From an uncultured Haliangium sp. (GTDB lineage: Bacteria > Pseudomonadota > Gammaproteobacteria > GCA-001735895), in the NCBI GenBank assembly GCA_964195735.1, contig CAXMQY010000061.1, positions 1,131 through 65,130 of the forward strand: a DNA stretch of 64,000 nucleotides. Reading direction: 5' to 3'. Shown here one piece after another: positions 46,367 to 59,027 of the stretch. The notes beneath the pieces are model-generated. The model had not been told where the DNA came from. It searched no databases and was given only the letters and a program-made list of their open reading frames with translations. The position numbers were made by a program, and so were the translations under genes. Numbering within the stretch: position 1 is the first letter of the stretch; each line of letters begins with the position of its first letter.

Positions 46367-47371
46367 ATGGAAACTTTCATTCGTAAACTGCCCAAGATCG
46401 AACTGCACCTGCACATCGAGGGCAGCCTCGAGCCGGAGCTGATGTTCGAACTGGCGCGACGCAACCGCATCGAAATACCCTTCACTTCGGCCGACGAAGT
46501 CCGCGCCGCCTACGAATTCAGCGACCTGCAATCCTTCCTCGATATCTACTACCAGGGCGCAAATGTCCTTGTCGAGGAGCAGGATTTTTTCGACCTGTGC
46601 TGGGCTTACCTGTTGCGTTGCCAACAGGATAACGTGCTGCACACAGAGATCTTTTTCGACCCGCAAACGCACACCGAGCGCGGCATCGCCTTCGATACCG
46701 TCGTCAACGGCCTGCAGCGTGCACTCGAACAGGGGCAGGTCGAACTCGGCATCAGCAGCCAGCTGATCCTTTGTTTCCTGCGCCATCTCGACGAGGAAGC
46801 GGCGTTCATCACGCTGCAACAGGCGCTGCCGCACCGCGACAAGATCATCGCGGTAGGCCTCGATTCGGCCGAGGCCGGCAACCCGCCGCTAAAATTCGCG
46901 CGCGTTTTCGCGGCCGCGCGCGACGCCGGTTTTCTCACGGTCGCGCACGCGGGCGAAGAAGGTCCGGCGAGTTACATCCGTGATGCCATCGAATTGCTCA
47001 AGGTGTCGCGCATCGATCACGGGGTGCGCTGCGTCGAGGATCCGGAGCTGGTGCGCGAGTTGATCGACAGCCACATGCCGCTCACCGTTTGCCCGTTGTC
47101 CAACATCAAGTTGCGGGTTTTCGATGACATGCGTGAGCACAATGTCGTCGAGTTGTTGCGCCAGGGGCTTTGCGTGACCGTCAACTCGGACGACCCCGCC
47201 TACTTCGGCGGCTACATGAACGACAACTTTCTCGCTCTCGCCGACGCCCACACGATGAGCCGTGACGAGATCGCGAAATTCTGCTTCAACGCCATCGAGG
47301 CGAGCTTCGCCAGCGCCGAGCGCAAACAGCAACTCGATGCAAGCCTGCGTGCTTTCCTGAAGAACAGCTGA
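46367..47371 (+). CDS. adenine deaminase of the adenosine-deaminase (Add) family
   Basis: [33 protein letters not shown]... is colinear with Pseudomonas-type adenine deaminase annotated as add ([22 protein letters not shown]). An alternative start is ATG 46349. Confidence 0.85.
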   Translation: METFIRKLPKIELHLHIEGSLEPELMFELARRNRIEIPFTSADEVRAAYEFSDLQSFLDIYYQGANVLVEEQDFFDLCWAYLLRCQQDNVLHTEIFFDPQTHTERGIAFDTVVNGLQRALEQGQVELGISSQLILCFLRHLDEEAAFITLQQALPHRDKIIAVGLDSAEAGNPPLKFARVFAAARDAGFLTVAHAGEEGPASYIRDAIELLKVSRIDHGVRCVEDPELVRELIDSHMPLTVCPLSNIKLRVFDDMREHNVVELLRQGLCVTVNSDDPAYFGGYMNDNFLALADAHTMSRDEIAKFCFNAIEASFASAERKQQLDASLRAFLKNS

Positions 47372-47395
47372 AAAGTAACGGCTTAGCTGGTCTGC

Positions 47396-48313
47396 TTAGC
47401 CATTTTCCGGCACTACGTCATCAGGGGCATCCGTTTTCGACAGTGCTTCAAAACCCGAAATAACATCGAATAGCTCTTCGTCGATAACGCGTTGACGCTC
47501 GCGGTTGAAGGTCAGCCGCAGGCTTTCCAGCATTTCCGCAATGTTGCGGTCGGCACGTTCCATCGCGGCCAGGCGACTCGCGTTTTCACTGGCGAGAGAC
47601 TCGGCGCAGGCCTGGTAGAGTGAAATGAACAGGTATTCGCGAATCAGCGCCTGCAGCGTATCGTCATGCTCACCCAGTAACTCCGGTAATGCCTTGTTCG
47701 GCCATGGTACGGCGGCTAATTCCTGTCGCCATGAATTGTCCAGGGGTAGCAATTGCTGACTGGTCGGGGCATAGCTCGCGCCGGCCAGGGGACGGTTATG
47801 GATGACCAGGATACGAGCGCCCGGGCTACGAAAAATGGCTTCGCTTTCGAGTTGGATCTGGCCGATCAAGGGTGTAATTCCCTTGACCGAGTTAGGCACC
47901 TCGAATCGGCCGGCAATGCGTAATCCGCCCTCGAGCAGACGCGCGTGGACGCGTTCACCGACGGCCCAGACCGTGGGTTCGCCGGGCAGTTTTCGCAGCA
48001 CTTCGAGCGCACGCTCGGCCACCCTGTCGTTAAACTGGCCCACCAGTCCCTGGTCGGAGCCAAACACTATGGCCCCACTTATGCCGCCTTCCCCTGCGCC
48101 AAACAGTTTGCCCTCCGCTGAAGTCAAATCGGTGGCGCGCAGGTAAACGCCGAGGCCCAACTCAACGGCACGATAGTAGTCACTTAACGAGCGCACTGAA
48201 TTCTCATACTGTTCGATACTCGAAGCAGCGATCGCCTTCATCGTGCGCACCACGCCCTGCAGGTCTTCTGCAATACCGATTCGATGGCGAAAGTTTGTCG
48301 AAGAATTGCTCAT
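47396..48313 (-). CDS. atpG: N-type ATPase gamma subunit
   Basis: Translation from ATG 48313 gives [32 protein letters not shown]..., which is gamma-family. An ATGA overlap joins it to the atpA stop. It is the last gene of the atpDCQRBEFAG order. Confidence 0.85.
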   Translation of the reverse strand: MSNSSTNFRHRIGIAEDLQGVVRTMKAIAASSIEQYENSVRSLSDYYRAVELGLGVYLRATDLTSAEGKLFGAGEGGISGAIVFGSDQGLVGQFNDRVAERALEVLRKLPGEPTVWAVGERVHARLLEGGLRIAGRFEVPNSVKGITPLIGQIQLESEAIFRSPGARILVIHNRPLAGASYAPTSQQLLPLDNSWRQELAAVPWPNKALPELLGEHDDTLQALIREYLFISLYQACAESLASENASRLAAMERADRNIAEMLESLRLTFNRERQRVIDEELFDVISGFEALSKTDAPDDVVPENG

Positions 48314-49869
48314 GATCTGGCCGGCGCGCTGGCGGCATCTTCCTGTCGGAACTCGGCGAGCGCCTGGCGCACCAGTTCGACTACTGCGGCGCGATCCGCG
48401 GGCGCAAAGCTCTCGTCCGTTTGCAGGCGTTCGCACAACTCTGCCGGGATCTTCCGCGCGACCTCGCGCACGGCAAGTTCGGCGGCCTTCATTTGCTCGA
48501 TGGGCACGGCGTCGAAAAGTTTCTCATGCAGGGCCAGCAGTATCGCTATCTGCGCGGGCACCGCTACCGGCGAAAATTCAGCCTGCTTCAGGCAGGCCCG
48601 AATGCGCTTGCCGTGCTCCACCGTGTTGCGCGTATCCTCGTCCAGTCGTGCTCCGAAGCGGGCAAAGTTTTCCAGTTCTTCAAATTGTGCGTAGGCGAGC
48701 TTGAGGTCGCCGGCGACCGCTCGATACACCGCTCGCTGCGCCTTGCCGCCGACACGTGACACCGATCGACCAACATCGACAGCCGGTAACAGGCCCAGCT
48801 CGAACAAAGCCGGCGACAGGTAAATCTGCCCATCCGTGATGGATATAAGATTCGTCGGTATATAGGCAGATATGTCCTCGGCCTCGGTTTCGATGATCGG
48901 CAGCGCGGTCAACGAACCACCGCCCTGCTGCTCACTCAAATGCGTGGCACGCTCCAGCAGGCGCGAATGAATGTAAAATATATCGCCCGGGAAAGCCTCG
49001 CGTCCCGGCGGTCGGCGCAGCAATAGCGACAGCTCGCGATAGGAACGCGCGTGCTGGGTGAGATCATCGTAGACGATTAGCACATCACGGCCAGCTTCCA
49101 TGAAAAACTCCGCAATGCTGGTCGCGGCGTAGGGTGCGATATAGGAGAGACCGGGCGCTTCGTTACCAGCGCTAACCATGACCACGGTGTATTCGAGTGC
49201 GCCCTGGTCGCGCAGGATTGCGACCGCCTTGGCAACCGCCGAGGCACGCTGGCCAATTGCACAATACACGCACAGCACGTCCTTACCGCGCTGATTGAGA
49301 ATAGTATCGATCGCAATCGTTGTTTTGCCGGTCTGGCGATCACCCAGGATCAGTTCGCGCTGTCCACGACCGATGGGAATGAGCGCATCGATCACCTTGA
49401 GGCCGGTCTGCAGGGGCATGGTTACCGGCGCACGGCCCATGATCGGCGCGGCGGCGCGCTCGATCGGCAAACGCCTGGCGCAGGCAATCGGGCCTTTTCC
49501 GTCCAGCGCGCGCAGCAGTGGATCGATGACTCGCCCGATCAGTTCAGCACCAACGCCGACATCCATGACCCGCCCGGTGCGCTCGACCTCGTCGCCGGCT
49601 TGCAGATGCGCGTAATCCCCCAGCAGCACGACGCCAACCTCGTCCGGGTCCAGGTTGAAAGCGATGCCAAACACACCCCCGGGGAAAGCGAGCAATTCTT
49701 CAAAACCGACCGAGGGCAGGCCCGTTACCCGGGCGATAGCGGTTGTAACTGATTTGATGATGCCGACTTCATGCACTCTCAACCCGGCGCTCGACGCGCC
49801 GACCACCTCGGCAATTGCATCCAGTGGCCGCTCGAATATCGCCGCGGAATCGTCGGATTCAACTTTCAT
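48310..49869 (-). CDS. atpA: N-type ATPase alpha subunit
   Basis: 519 aa with Walker [19 protein letters not shown]. Confidence 0.93.
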   Translation of the reverse strand: MKVESDDSAAIFERPLDAIAEVVGASSAGLRVHEVGIIKSVTTAIARVTGLPSVGFEELLAFPGGVFGIAFNLDPDEVGVVLLGDYAHLQAGDEVERTGRVMDVGVGAELIGRVIDPLLRALDGKGPIACARRLPIERAAAPIMGRAPVTMPLQTGLKVIDALIPIGRGQRELILGDRQTGKTTIAIDTILNQRGKDVLCVYCAIGQRASAVAKAVAILRDQGALEYTVVMVSAGNEAPGLSYIAPYAATSIAEFFMEAGRDVLIVYDDLTQHARSYRELSLLLRRPPGREAFPGDIFYIHSRLLERATHLSEQQGGGSLTALPIIETEAEDISAYIPTNLISITDGQIYLSPALFELGLLPAVDVGRSVSRVGGKAQRAVYRAVAGDLKLAYAQFEELENFARFGARLDEDTRNTVEHGKRIRACLKQAEFSPVAVPAQIAILLALHEKLFDAVPIEQMKAAELAVREVARKIPAELCERLQTDESFAPADRAAVVELVRQALAEFRQEDAASAPARS

Positions 49870-50678
49870 GAATCCTGCTGCTCGCGCAAATCAGCGTTCC
49901 TGGCCGAGCGCTGCTCGGTATCTTTTAGCGGCATGATCTCGCTGACACTTTTTTCCAGCGTGGCGAGGTAATCGGAAATACTCCAGGCGAGTTTATGGCC
50001 ATCCGCGATCAGTTCGATCCCGCTTACCAGGTCCGGCTGGGTTTCGAAGCGGGGCTCGATTTCAGCCCCGGAAATATCCTTGAGTGCGGCCTGGATCGCA
50101 TCGCGCTGTCGCTGCGGCAATTCAAAAGCGCTGCGCAGCAACAGGGCGTGCTCGACGTCACCGACGATAGCGCGCAATCTTTTCCTGCTGTCGTCGTCCG
50201 ACGCCTGCAGCCGGGATATGAAGGTTGCCGTCATGCGCTCTTCCAGGCTTTCCGAGGCGAGCTCGAGCAGAATTTTTCGGGTCATGCCAAACACTTCTTG
50301 CTGGACCCGGCGTCCTATCGCCTGGTTCAGGTTTTCTACGTTATTATGCAGGGCCTGCATGCGTTTTCTGCCGACTGCTTCGCTCGTTTTCCGAGCTTCA
50401 GCGACAAGACGCTCGTATTCGGCTTGTGCCTTCTGCCTTGCTTCGGCGAGGAGCGCAGCACGCTGCTGCTCCAACTCCTCGTTACTGCGCTGAAACTGGT
50501 CGCGTTGCCGTTTAGCCTCGGTCTCCACCGCGGTTGCATTCGCCAGTTCCGCGGAGATTCTGTTTTCCCTGGCCGCTATCGCGTCCAGTATCGGCTTGTA
50601 CAAAAACCGCTTTAACAACCACACCAGCAGGATGAAATTGAGCAGCTGCGCTGCGAAGGTGAACCAATCGATCGACAT
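49866..50678 (-). CDS. atpF: N-type ATPase subunit b (long b/delta-like form)
   Basis: 270 aa with one N-terminal TM helix ([15 protein letters not shown]) followed by a long charged helical region. No separate delta gene is present in the operon. Confidence 0.75.
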   Translation of the reverse strand: MSIDWFTFAAQLLNFILLVWLLKRFLYKPILDAIAARENRISAELANATAVETEAKRQRDQFQRSNEELEQQRAALLAEARQKAQAEYERLVAEARKTSEAVGRKRMQALHNNVENLNQAIGRRVQQEVFGMTRKILLELASESLEERMTATFISRLQASDDDSRKRLRAIVGDVEHALLLRSAFELPQRQRDAIQAALKDISGAEIEPRFETQPDLVSGIELIADGHKLAWSISDYLATLEKSVSEIMPLKDTEQRSARNADLREQQDS

Positions 50679-50681
50679 GGA

Positions 50682-50966
50682 TTACTGTGCCGCGGCCTGT
50701 GCGATAACGTGGTTCCAGAACGGGTTGGCAAAAATCAGAATCATGGAAACCACGAAACAGTAGATCGCGATGGATTCGATCATTGCCAGGCCAACGAACA
50801 GGGTCCTGGTGATGGTCGCGGAAGCGTCAGGCTGCTGTGCCAGCGAGGTCAGTGCGGCTTGCACGGCCCTGCCCTCGGCAAGCGCGGGTGCAATCATTCC
50901 GATAGCCGTCGTGATGCCGGCCATGACGATCGACGCCACTGCTATCAGGTTAATTTCATACATCAA
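50682..50966 (-). CDS. atpE: N-type ATPase subunit c
   Basis: A 94-aa helical hairpin with loop AQQPD. Helix 2 carries IESIAIY (Glu-Ser...Tyr) and helix 1 carries a Glu in ALAEG. Confidence 0.9.
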   Translation of the reverse strand: MMYEINLIAVASIVMAGITTAIGMIAPALAEGRAVQAALTSLAQQPDASATITRTLFVGLAMIESIAIYCFVVSMILIFANPFWNHVIAQAAAQ

Positions 50967-50987
50967 AATACCTCCTGGTTGAAAGTG

Positions 50988-51710
50988 TCAGGCTGCGATT
51001 GCCGGTCGCGACCCGCGCTCCCGGCTGTGCGTCGCGGCGGCGATGTAAACCGCCGCCAGGACACTGAAAATATAGGCTTGCACCATGCCGGTGAGCAGCC
51101 CGAGCGCGACCATGAAAATTGGAAAGAGAAACGGTGCGATCGTCAGCAATATGGCGAGAATGATGGTGCCGCTCATCATGTTGCCGAACAACCGCACCGC
51201 GAGCGCCAGCGTGCGCGACAACTCGCTGATGAGGTTGAACGGCAACATGATGAAAGTAGGCTTCAGGTAGGAACGCAGGTAACCGCGGATGCCCTGTTCG
51301 CGGATGCCGAAGAATGGCACAGCCACAAACACGCAGATGGCGAATGCAGCGGTCGTCGACAGTGACCCGGTCGGCGGCTCGAAACCCGGAATGATCGTGC
51401 AGATGGCAATCGTGACCAACAGCAGGAACAGCGTACCCAGGAAAGGCAGATATTTGAGCGCCGCAGCGAGACCGATCTCCTCGATTTGCCGGGTCATACC
51501 GATGACGATAATTTCCAGGAAATTCTGCCAGCGCGCGCGCTGCAGGCCAATCTCGAGCCTGCGCGTAATCAGCCAGGAGCCGGCCACCAGCACGAACATG
51601 ACGATCCAGGTGTAAAAAATCGTCGCATTGAGCTTAACGAATCCGTGCTGCCAGAAAATAATTTCGTCGGGACTAAGGTGCATGGCGGGCCTCGTTCGGT
51701 TCGAGGTCAC
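50988..51710 (-). CDS. atpB: N-type ATPase subunit a
   Basis: 240-aa polytopic protein with the conserved Arg context LSRTLALAVRLFGNMMSG. The start is possibly at MHLSPDE. Confidence 0.9.
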   Translation of the reverse strand: MTSNRTRPAMHLSPDEIIFWQHGFVKLNATIFYTWIVMFVLVAGSWLITRRLEIGLQRARWQNFLEIIVIGMTRQIEEIGLAAALKYLPFLGTLFLLLVTIAICTIIPGFEPPTGSLSTTAAFAICVFVAVPFFGIREQGIRGYLRSYLKPTFIMLPFNLISELSRTLALAVRLFGNMMSGTIILAILLTIAPFLFPIFMVALGLLTGMVQAYIFSVLAAVYIAAATHSRERGSRPAIAA

Positions 51711-51990
51711 GCGTATAAGCGGGGTCGCCGGTCAGTTTCGTGACGATCACGCGCGCGACGATGAAACCTCCCAGGCAAACCAGTATTCGCACCGGATCAT
51801 TAGCGCCGATCCAGTAAAACCCGCCCAGGCAGATACCGGTTCGCAGCAGGAAGCTGCCGGCGAACCAGAGCGCGCTTGCCTGCGATGCCAGGCCTCTACG
51901 CAGGGTCCAGCGCAAACCGCCGAAGTAAAACACCCCGAGCAAACCGCCCCCGGCCGCGGCTAGTAAAAGCAATAAAGTATCAGTCATCAT
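51673..51990 (-). CDS. atpR: N-ATPase accessory subunit AtpR
   Basis: A 105-aa small membrane protein (LLGVFYFGGLRWTLRRG). Its position between atpQ and atpB is diagnostic of N-ATPase operons. Confidence 0.7.
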   Translation of the reverse strand: MMTDTLLLLLAAAGGGLLGVFYFGGLRWTLRRGLASQASALWFAGSFLLRTGICLGGFYWIGANDPVRILVCLGGFIVARVIVTKLTGDPAYTRDLEPNEARHAP

Positions 51991-52307
51991 CGTTTTCTTC
52001 CTCGTGCATTTCCCTGTGTTCCCTGTCTACCCAGTGCCAGGCATTCAAGCAACCGATAACCAGTCCGGCAAGCAGCAGTGCCAGAGTCCACGATCGCGGC
52101 CCCGAATAATGCCGGTCCAGCCACAGGCCCAGGCTTGCCCCTAGCAGTGTCGGTATCGCCACCGACCAGCCGATCAGCCCCATCATGCCGAGGCCAAACC
52201 AGATGCCCGGAGTGCCCTGGCGCTGCGCCTTGAGCTTGCGCTTCGCCTTTGCGCCGATTTCCCGGCTCAGCCGCGAATCGGTTTTCTGCTGCGAATGGTC
52301 GGATTCC

Positions 52308-52327
<20 letters not shown>
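51980..52327 (-). CDS. atpQ: N-ATPase accessory subunit AtpQ (AtpI/AtpZ-like)
   Basis: A 115-aa membrane protein (GIWFGLGMMGLIGWSVAIPTLLGASLGLWLD), located between atpC and atpR. Confidence 0.7.
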
Positions 52328-54198
<1,871 letters not shown>

Positions 54199-56052
54199 TC
54201 AAACAGACTTGATCTGCTTCACCGGGTATGGCCCGGTCGAATCGTCGCCGACAAGCTGCAGCAATGATTCGCGTGACAGGGTCTCGTGTTCGAGCAGTTG
54301 CAGCGCGCACTTCGTCAGTATTTCGCGGCGCTGGCCGAGAATTGCAGCCGCTTTCTCGAAGGCAGCATCGACAATGCCATGCACCGCCTCGTCGATCTCA
54401 CGCGCGGTCGCCTCGCTGTATTGCCGGGGTTCGATATAATCCTGGGCAACGCCGGCCAGGAAAGAGCCGTGCGGCGGTTCGTAGGCGACAAGACCAAGCC
54501 GCTCATCCATGCCATAGCGCATCACCATGCTGCGTGCAATATCCGTCGCCTTGGCAAGATCATCCGCGGCGCCGGTGGAGAGTTCGCCAAATATAAGGAC
54601 TTCGGATGCCCGTCCACCCAGCAATACGGCCATTTTGTTTTCCAGCTCGCCCCGGGTCATCAGGAAACGGTCTTCGATCGGCCGCTGTATGGTGTATCCG
54701 AGCGCGCCGACCCCGCGCGGAATAATGGAAACCTTGTGCACCAGGTCGGTTCCGGGCAATGACATCGCCACCAGCGCGTGTCCCATCTCGTGGTAGGCAA
54801 CGACCTCGCGTTCGCGTGGATTCAACAGGCGATTTCTTTTTTCCAGCCCGGCGACGATGCGCTCGACCGCGTTGGTAAAGTCGTCCAGGGAAACCTCCTC
54901 GGCACCTCGCCGCGTCGCCAGCACGGCGGCCTCGTTCACCAGGTTGGCCAGATCCGCGCCGGTAAAGCCGGGGGTCAACGCGGCGATCTCGTCGACCTTG
55001 AATCCGGCCTCTGTTTTTACCTTTTTCAGGTGCACCTCGAGAATCGCAACGCGCCCGATCTTGTCCGGCCGATCGACCAGTATCTGGCGATCGAATCGAC
55101 CTGGACGCAGTAGCGCCGGGTCGAGAATTTCGGGACGGTTGGTGGCCGCCAGCAGCACCACCTGCTGTCCCGGCTCGAAACCGTCCAGTTCGCTCAGCAA
55201 CTGGTTCAGCGTCTGTTCCTTCTCGTCGTGACCACCACCATAGGGATTGATGCCGCGCGCGCGCCCGACGGCGTCGAGTTCATCGATGAATATGATACAG
55301 GGCGCCTGCTTGCGCGCCTGGTCAAACAGATCACGCACCCGCGCCGCGCCGACACCGACGAACATTTCGACAAACTCGGAGCCATTGATCGAAAAAAACG
55401 GCACCTTTGCTTCACCGGCAACAGCGCGCGCCAGCAGGGTCTTGCCGGTACCCGGCGGCCCCAGCAGCAAGATGCCCCTGGGCACGTGCGCACCGAGACG
55501 CCCGTACTGTTCGGGTTCTTTCAGAAAGCTGACGATTTCCTGTAGTTCGAGCTTGGCTTCGTCGACCCCGGCGACGTCATCGAATGTCACCTGGGTGTCG
55601 GTCTCGACGTATACCTTCGCTTTGCTCTTGCCGATAGCCGTCAATCCGCCGAGTCCGCCCTGCGCGCTACTCATGCGCCGCATCAACAGGTACCAGAAAC
55701 CGACGAGCACCGCCATGGGCATGATCCAGGACAAAAGCGTGGCGACTACGTGCGATTCGATAATGCCCTTGTATTCGACATCGTATTGCGAAAGCAGCTT
55801 TGCCAGGTCCGTATCCATGCGCGCGGTGGTCACGTACTGACTGCCGCTGGGCCGCGCGGATTTCAGATGCCCGCGTATGGAGCGCTCGTTAACCTCGATC
55901 GCCGCTACCTGCCCGGTTTCGAGCAGATGCATCATTTCACTGTAGCTGATCGGTTCGGCGCGGGTGCTGCTGAAGACGTAGTTCTGCAGGTAGAACATGG
56001 CCAATACAGCCAGGAAAAAATACCAGAGGCTTACGAGTTTTTTCTTGTCCAT
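54199..56052 (-). CDS. ftsH: ATP-dependent zinc metalloprotease FtsH (paralogue linked to the N-ATPase operon)
   Basis: 617 aa with two N-terminal TM helices. It has AAA Walker [19 protein letters not shown], an SRH region, and the zinc motif HEMGHALV. Confidence 0.93.
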   Translation of the reverse strand: MDKKKLVSLWYFFLAVLAMFYLQNYVFSSTRAEPISYSEMMHLLETGQVAAIEVNERSIRGHLKSARPSGSQYVTTARMDTDLAKLLSQYDVEYKGIIESHVVATLLSWIMPMAVLVGFWYLLMRRMSSAQGGLGGLTAIGKSKAKVYVETDTQVTFDDVAGVDEAKLELQEIVSFLKEPEQYGRLGAHVPRGILLLGPPGTGKTLLARAVAGEAKVPFFSINGSEFVEMFVGVGAARVRDLFDQARKQAPCIIFIDELDAVGRARGINPYGGGHDEKEQTLNQLLSELDGFEPGQQVVLLAATNRPEILDPALLRPGRFDRQILVDRPDKIGRVAILEVHLKKVKTEAGFKVDEIAALTPGFTGADLANLVNEAAVLATRRGAEEVSLDDFTNAVERIVAGLEKRNRLLNPREREVVAYHEMGHALVAMSLPGTDLVHKVSIIPRGVGALGYTIQRPIEDRFLMTRGELENKMAVLLGGRASEVLIFGELSTGAADDLAKATDIARSMVMRYGMDERLGLVAYEPPHGSFLAGVAQDYIEPRQYSEATAREIDEAVHGIVDAAFEKAAAILGQRREILTKCALQLLEHETLSRESLLQLVGDDSTGPYPVKQIKSV

Positions 56053-56239
56053 ATCCCGGCTGTCCTGTGAGATGGTTGCGCACCCGCTTGAAAAGATACC
56101 ACAAGCGGGTCTTGCAGACGCTATTATCCCACGCTCAAACCGATTCCGGGTCTGCCGTTGGCACGGAAATTCCCGGTGTCGGCCCGCACGCGCAACGCTC
56201 CCTCGAATACGTTACTGCAACTGGATGAGCGTCCTCGCT

Positions 56240-56497
56240 TCAATCGTTCAGGCGCTGTCTGATGCGGTCGTAGGCGCTCGCGACTTCCTCCATGACCACC
56301 TTTGCCGAACTCTGCATTTCGGCGGTTGTTTCGACAGCCTTATCCTGCAGGTGATCGAATGCCTGTTCCGCCTTTTGCCATTTTTGCTCGAGTTCCTCCA
56401 TCTCGTCACGGAACTCCGCGCGTGCAAGATTAGCCTGCACCCGCATCTCGTCACGTTGGGTTTTCAGGTTTTTCCATAGATCATCAATATCACTCAT
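56240..56497 (-). CDS. small all-helical/coiled-coil hypothetical protein
   Basis: 85-aa ORF (MSDIDDLWKNLKTQRDEMRVQANLARAEFRDEMEELEQKWQKAEQ...). It is co-directional with and sits between the Prs-like gene and ftsH. Confidence 0.45.
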   Translation of the reverse strand: MSDIDDLWKNLKTQRDEMRVQANLARAEFRDEMEELEQKWQKAEQAFDHLQDKAVETTAEMQSSAKVVMEEVASAYDRIRQRLND

Positions 56498-56559
56498 AGC
56501 TATCTCCTTGTTAATTGTGAAAAGTCTAACCAGATACAGCTGGCGACGATTGACCTAAA

Positions 56560-57459
56560 TCAACTGCTGGTATCGAGTATTTGTCGCAGGCCGCCCGCCA
56601 ACAATGGCGCCAGCGACACGCAGTTGGATGCGTGCAGAATGCTGTCGCAGCTCCAGATGTTATCGATCCCGGCCTGCTCGAGCCTGGCACAGGCCTGGTC
56701 GACGAAAAGCGCATGCGTGACCAGGACGCTGACACTGCCGGCATCTCGTCGAACCAGTTCCAGGGCCGCCATTTCCAGGGTCGTGCCGGTGCTGGCGACG
56801 TCATCAACGATGACGATATCCCGACCTTTGAAGTCGTAATCCGGTAGGCTGACCTCGACCTCCCGGTCGCCGTGACGATGCTTGAGCGCGATGCAAAAGT
56901 CGAGCCGGTCATGCGCAGCGATCGCGGCGACCCATTGCTCGGATTCCCCATCCGGGCCGAGCAGCACGGGGCGCGCGCACTTGTCCCGTAAAAACCGGCT
57001 CATCGGCTCCGTGGCATTCAGGTTTAGCGCCTGCTGCAGGGGTATCGCCTGTGACAACCTGCTGATCCGGTGCAGGTGTGCATCCACGGTAATCACCGCG
57101 TCGAAATATTTGGCGAGAAAGGCTCCGATGAGCGTCTGGCTGACAACCTCACCCGGCCGAAATGCCTTGTCCTGGCGCATGTAACAGAGATACGGAGCGA
57201 CCAGGATCACGCGACTCACCCCCTGTTCCCTGGCGGCCGCGGCGGCGAGCATCAGCTCGACCAGTTTCCGGTTCGGTCGATCGAGCGTCTGGCAGATGAC
57301 AATCTGGGCGGGGAGTGCGGTGGGCAATAGCAGCTTGCTTTCACCGTCCGGAAAGTGATGTAGTTCGATATCGGCGTAAGCCAGCTGCGCGCGTTCCGCC
57401 AGGGCGCGTGCCGGAGCCCGGTAATCGGGGAAACCCAGTACACAGGTTTCAGTGTTCAT
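56560..57459 (-). CDS. ribose-phosphate pyrophosphokinase (Prs)-family protein, divergent
   Basis: Translation from ATG 57459 begins [13 protein letters not shown]... The Prs-like regions are [48 protein letters not shown], and the PRPP-binding loop [14 protein letters not shown]. Its start overlaps the upstream gene by 11 nt. Confidence 0.75.
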   Translation of the reverse strand: MNTETCVLGFPDYRAPARALAERAQLAYADIELHHFPDGESKLLLPTALPAQIVICQTLDRPNRKLVELMLAAAAAREQGVSRVILVAPYLCYMRQDKAFRPGEVVSQTLIGAFLAKYFDAVITVDAHLHRISRLSQAIPLQQALNLNATEPMSRFLRDKCARPVLLGPDGESEQWVAAIAAHDRLDFCIALKHRHGDREVEVSLPDYDFKGRDIVIVDDVASTGTTLEMAALELVRRDAGSVSVLVTHALFVDQACARLEQAGIDNIWSCDSILHASNCVSLAPLLAGGLRQILDTSS

Positions 57460-58960
57460 CGTTGCCGATGCGGTAGCCGTTATCGAGGTCCGCCGCCTGC
57501 CGGGCGAATTCGAAATCCGCGCTGAATTCCGAGTAGATGCGGTATATCGGCTCGGCTGCACTGACCTCGTCACCGAGTTTTTTATACAGCTCGATGCCGG
57601 CGCCCTTGTCCAGCGGCGCGCCGGCCAACCGCGCGATTCGCGCCACCTGCAGGTTATCGATGGTCTCGACCTTGCCGTCGCTGGAAGCAACAACATCGTG
57701 CGTCAGTCCTCCACACTCACGGGATTGCGGGTTTATGCCCTGCGCCTTGATGATGTTATTGAACTTGTCCAGGGCGCGGCCGGATTCGAGGATATCGCGC
57801 GCGATAATATAACCCTGGCCGCCGCGCACGTCGGCATCGAATTCGATAATGCGCCCGGCCAACTGCAGTGATTTTTCCTTCAGGTCCATCGGCGCCAGCG
57901 GATCGTTCTCGAGTACCTGCATGACATCGCGGGCCTCCAGCACCGGACCGATGCCTCGGCCGATCGGTTGTTTGCCGTCGGTAATAATGACCTCGAGGTG
58001 AAGCCCCAGCAGATCGCCGACGAACTCGAAAAGCTTGCGCAGATTCATCGCCTCGGAACGCTTACGCACTTTCGCCGTCGGCCCTACCGGAATATCGATG
58101 AGCAGGTGGCTGGCGCCGGCCGCAACTTTCTTGGCCAGGATCGAGGCAACCATCTGTCCGGGCGAATCCATCGACAAAGGCCGTTCTACCGCGATCAGGA
58201 TATCGTCCACCGGCGCCAGTCTGGCGGTGCCACCCCAGGCCAGGCAGGCGCGTTCATGCTTGACGATTTCGCGCAGACGCTCGATTCCGAGTTCAACCCT
58301 GGCAAAGACTTCCATGGTATCCGCCGAGCCAGCCGGCGACGTGATCGCCCGGCTCGACGTCTTCGGCATCAACAGCCCGTGCGCGGCGACGATCGGCGTA
58401 ATCAGCAGGCTGGTGCGATTGCCGGGAATGCCGCCGATGCAATGCTTGTCGACTACCAGCGATTCCCCCCAGTCGAGGCACTCGCCGGATGCGACCATCG
58501 CGCGCGTCAGCGATAAGACCTCGTTGCGCTCCAGCCCCGTTTCCGCGCAGGCCACCAGGAAAGCGGTAATCTCGATCTTGGAGTAACGGTTGGCGGCGAT
58601 ATCGCCGGTAATTGCCAGGATTTCCTCATATCCCAGACTGTCACCGGCAATCTTGCGGCGCACGAAGGATAGCGATTGCGGCGGCCGCGCATGGTTCACG
58701 TAGACCGCAGCGCCCTCCGCCCGGTTCAATTGCGCGAAAACCTGCTCGCTCAATCCCAGCTCACCGGGTGCGGTAATGCGTTCGTCATCGACCACGTTGA
58801 GCACGGCGATAACCGGTTCAGCGCCATTCTCGGAGCGGATTTCGATTTTGTTCAGGGCCTGGAAACCCTCGCTACGGTAGGTCTCGCAATCGCGGTGCAG
58901 GAAGGCAACATTCTCGCGGTAGGTGTCGATCGCGACGCGGCGTAGTTTCAGAGGCTCCAT
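57449..58960 (-). CDS. thymidine phosphorylase family protein of the ~500-aa archaeal-type (AMP/nucleotide phosphorylase-like) subgroup
   Basis: 503 aa. An extra N-terminal domain ([24 protein letters not shown]...) precedes the glycosyl-transferase family 3 core ([47 protein letters not shown]). Confidence 0.75.
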   Translation of the reverse strand: MEPLKLRRVAIDTYRENVAFLHRDCETYRSEGFQALNKIEIRSENGAEPVIAVLNVVDDERITAPGELGLSEQVFAQLNRAEGAAVYVNHARPPQSLSFVRRKIAGDSLGYEEILAITGDIAANRYSKIEITAFLVACAETGLERNEVLSLTRAMVASGECLDWGESLVVDKHCIGGIPGNRTSLLITPIVAAHGLLMPKTSSRAITSPAGSADTMEVFARVELGIERLREIVKHERACLAWGGTARLAPVDDILIAVERPLSMDSPGQMVASILAKKVAAGASHLLIDIPVGPTAKVRKRSEAMNLRKLFEFVGDLLGLHLEVIITDGKQPIGRGIGPVLEARDVMQVLENDPLAPMDLKEKSLQLAGRIIEFDADVRGGQGYIIARDILESGRALDKFNNIIKAQGINPQSRECGGLTHDVVASSDGKVETIDNLQVARIARLAGAPLDKGAGIELYKKLGDEVSAAEPIYRIYSEFSADFEFARQAADLDNGYRIGNDEH

Positions 58961-59027
58961 GGCTGGCTACATTACCCGATTAATGATGTTTCGTGTAGAC
59001 GCCTGAGGCCGGCAGCGCTGTCGGCGC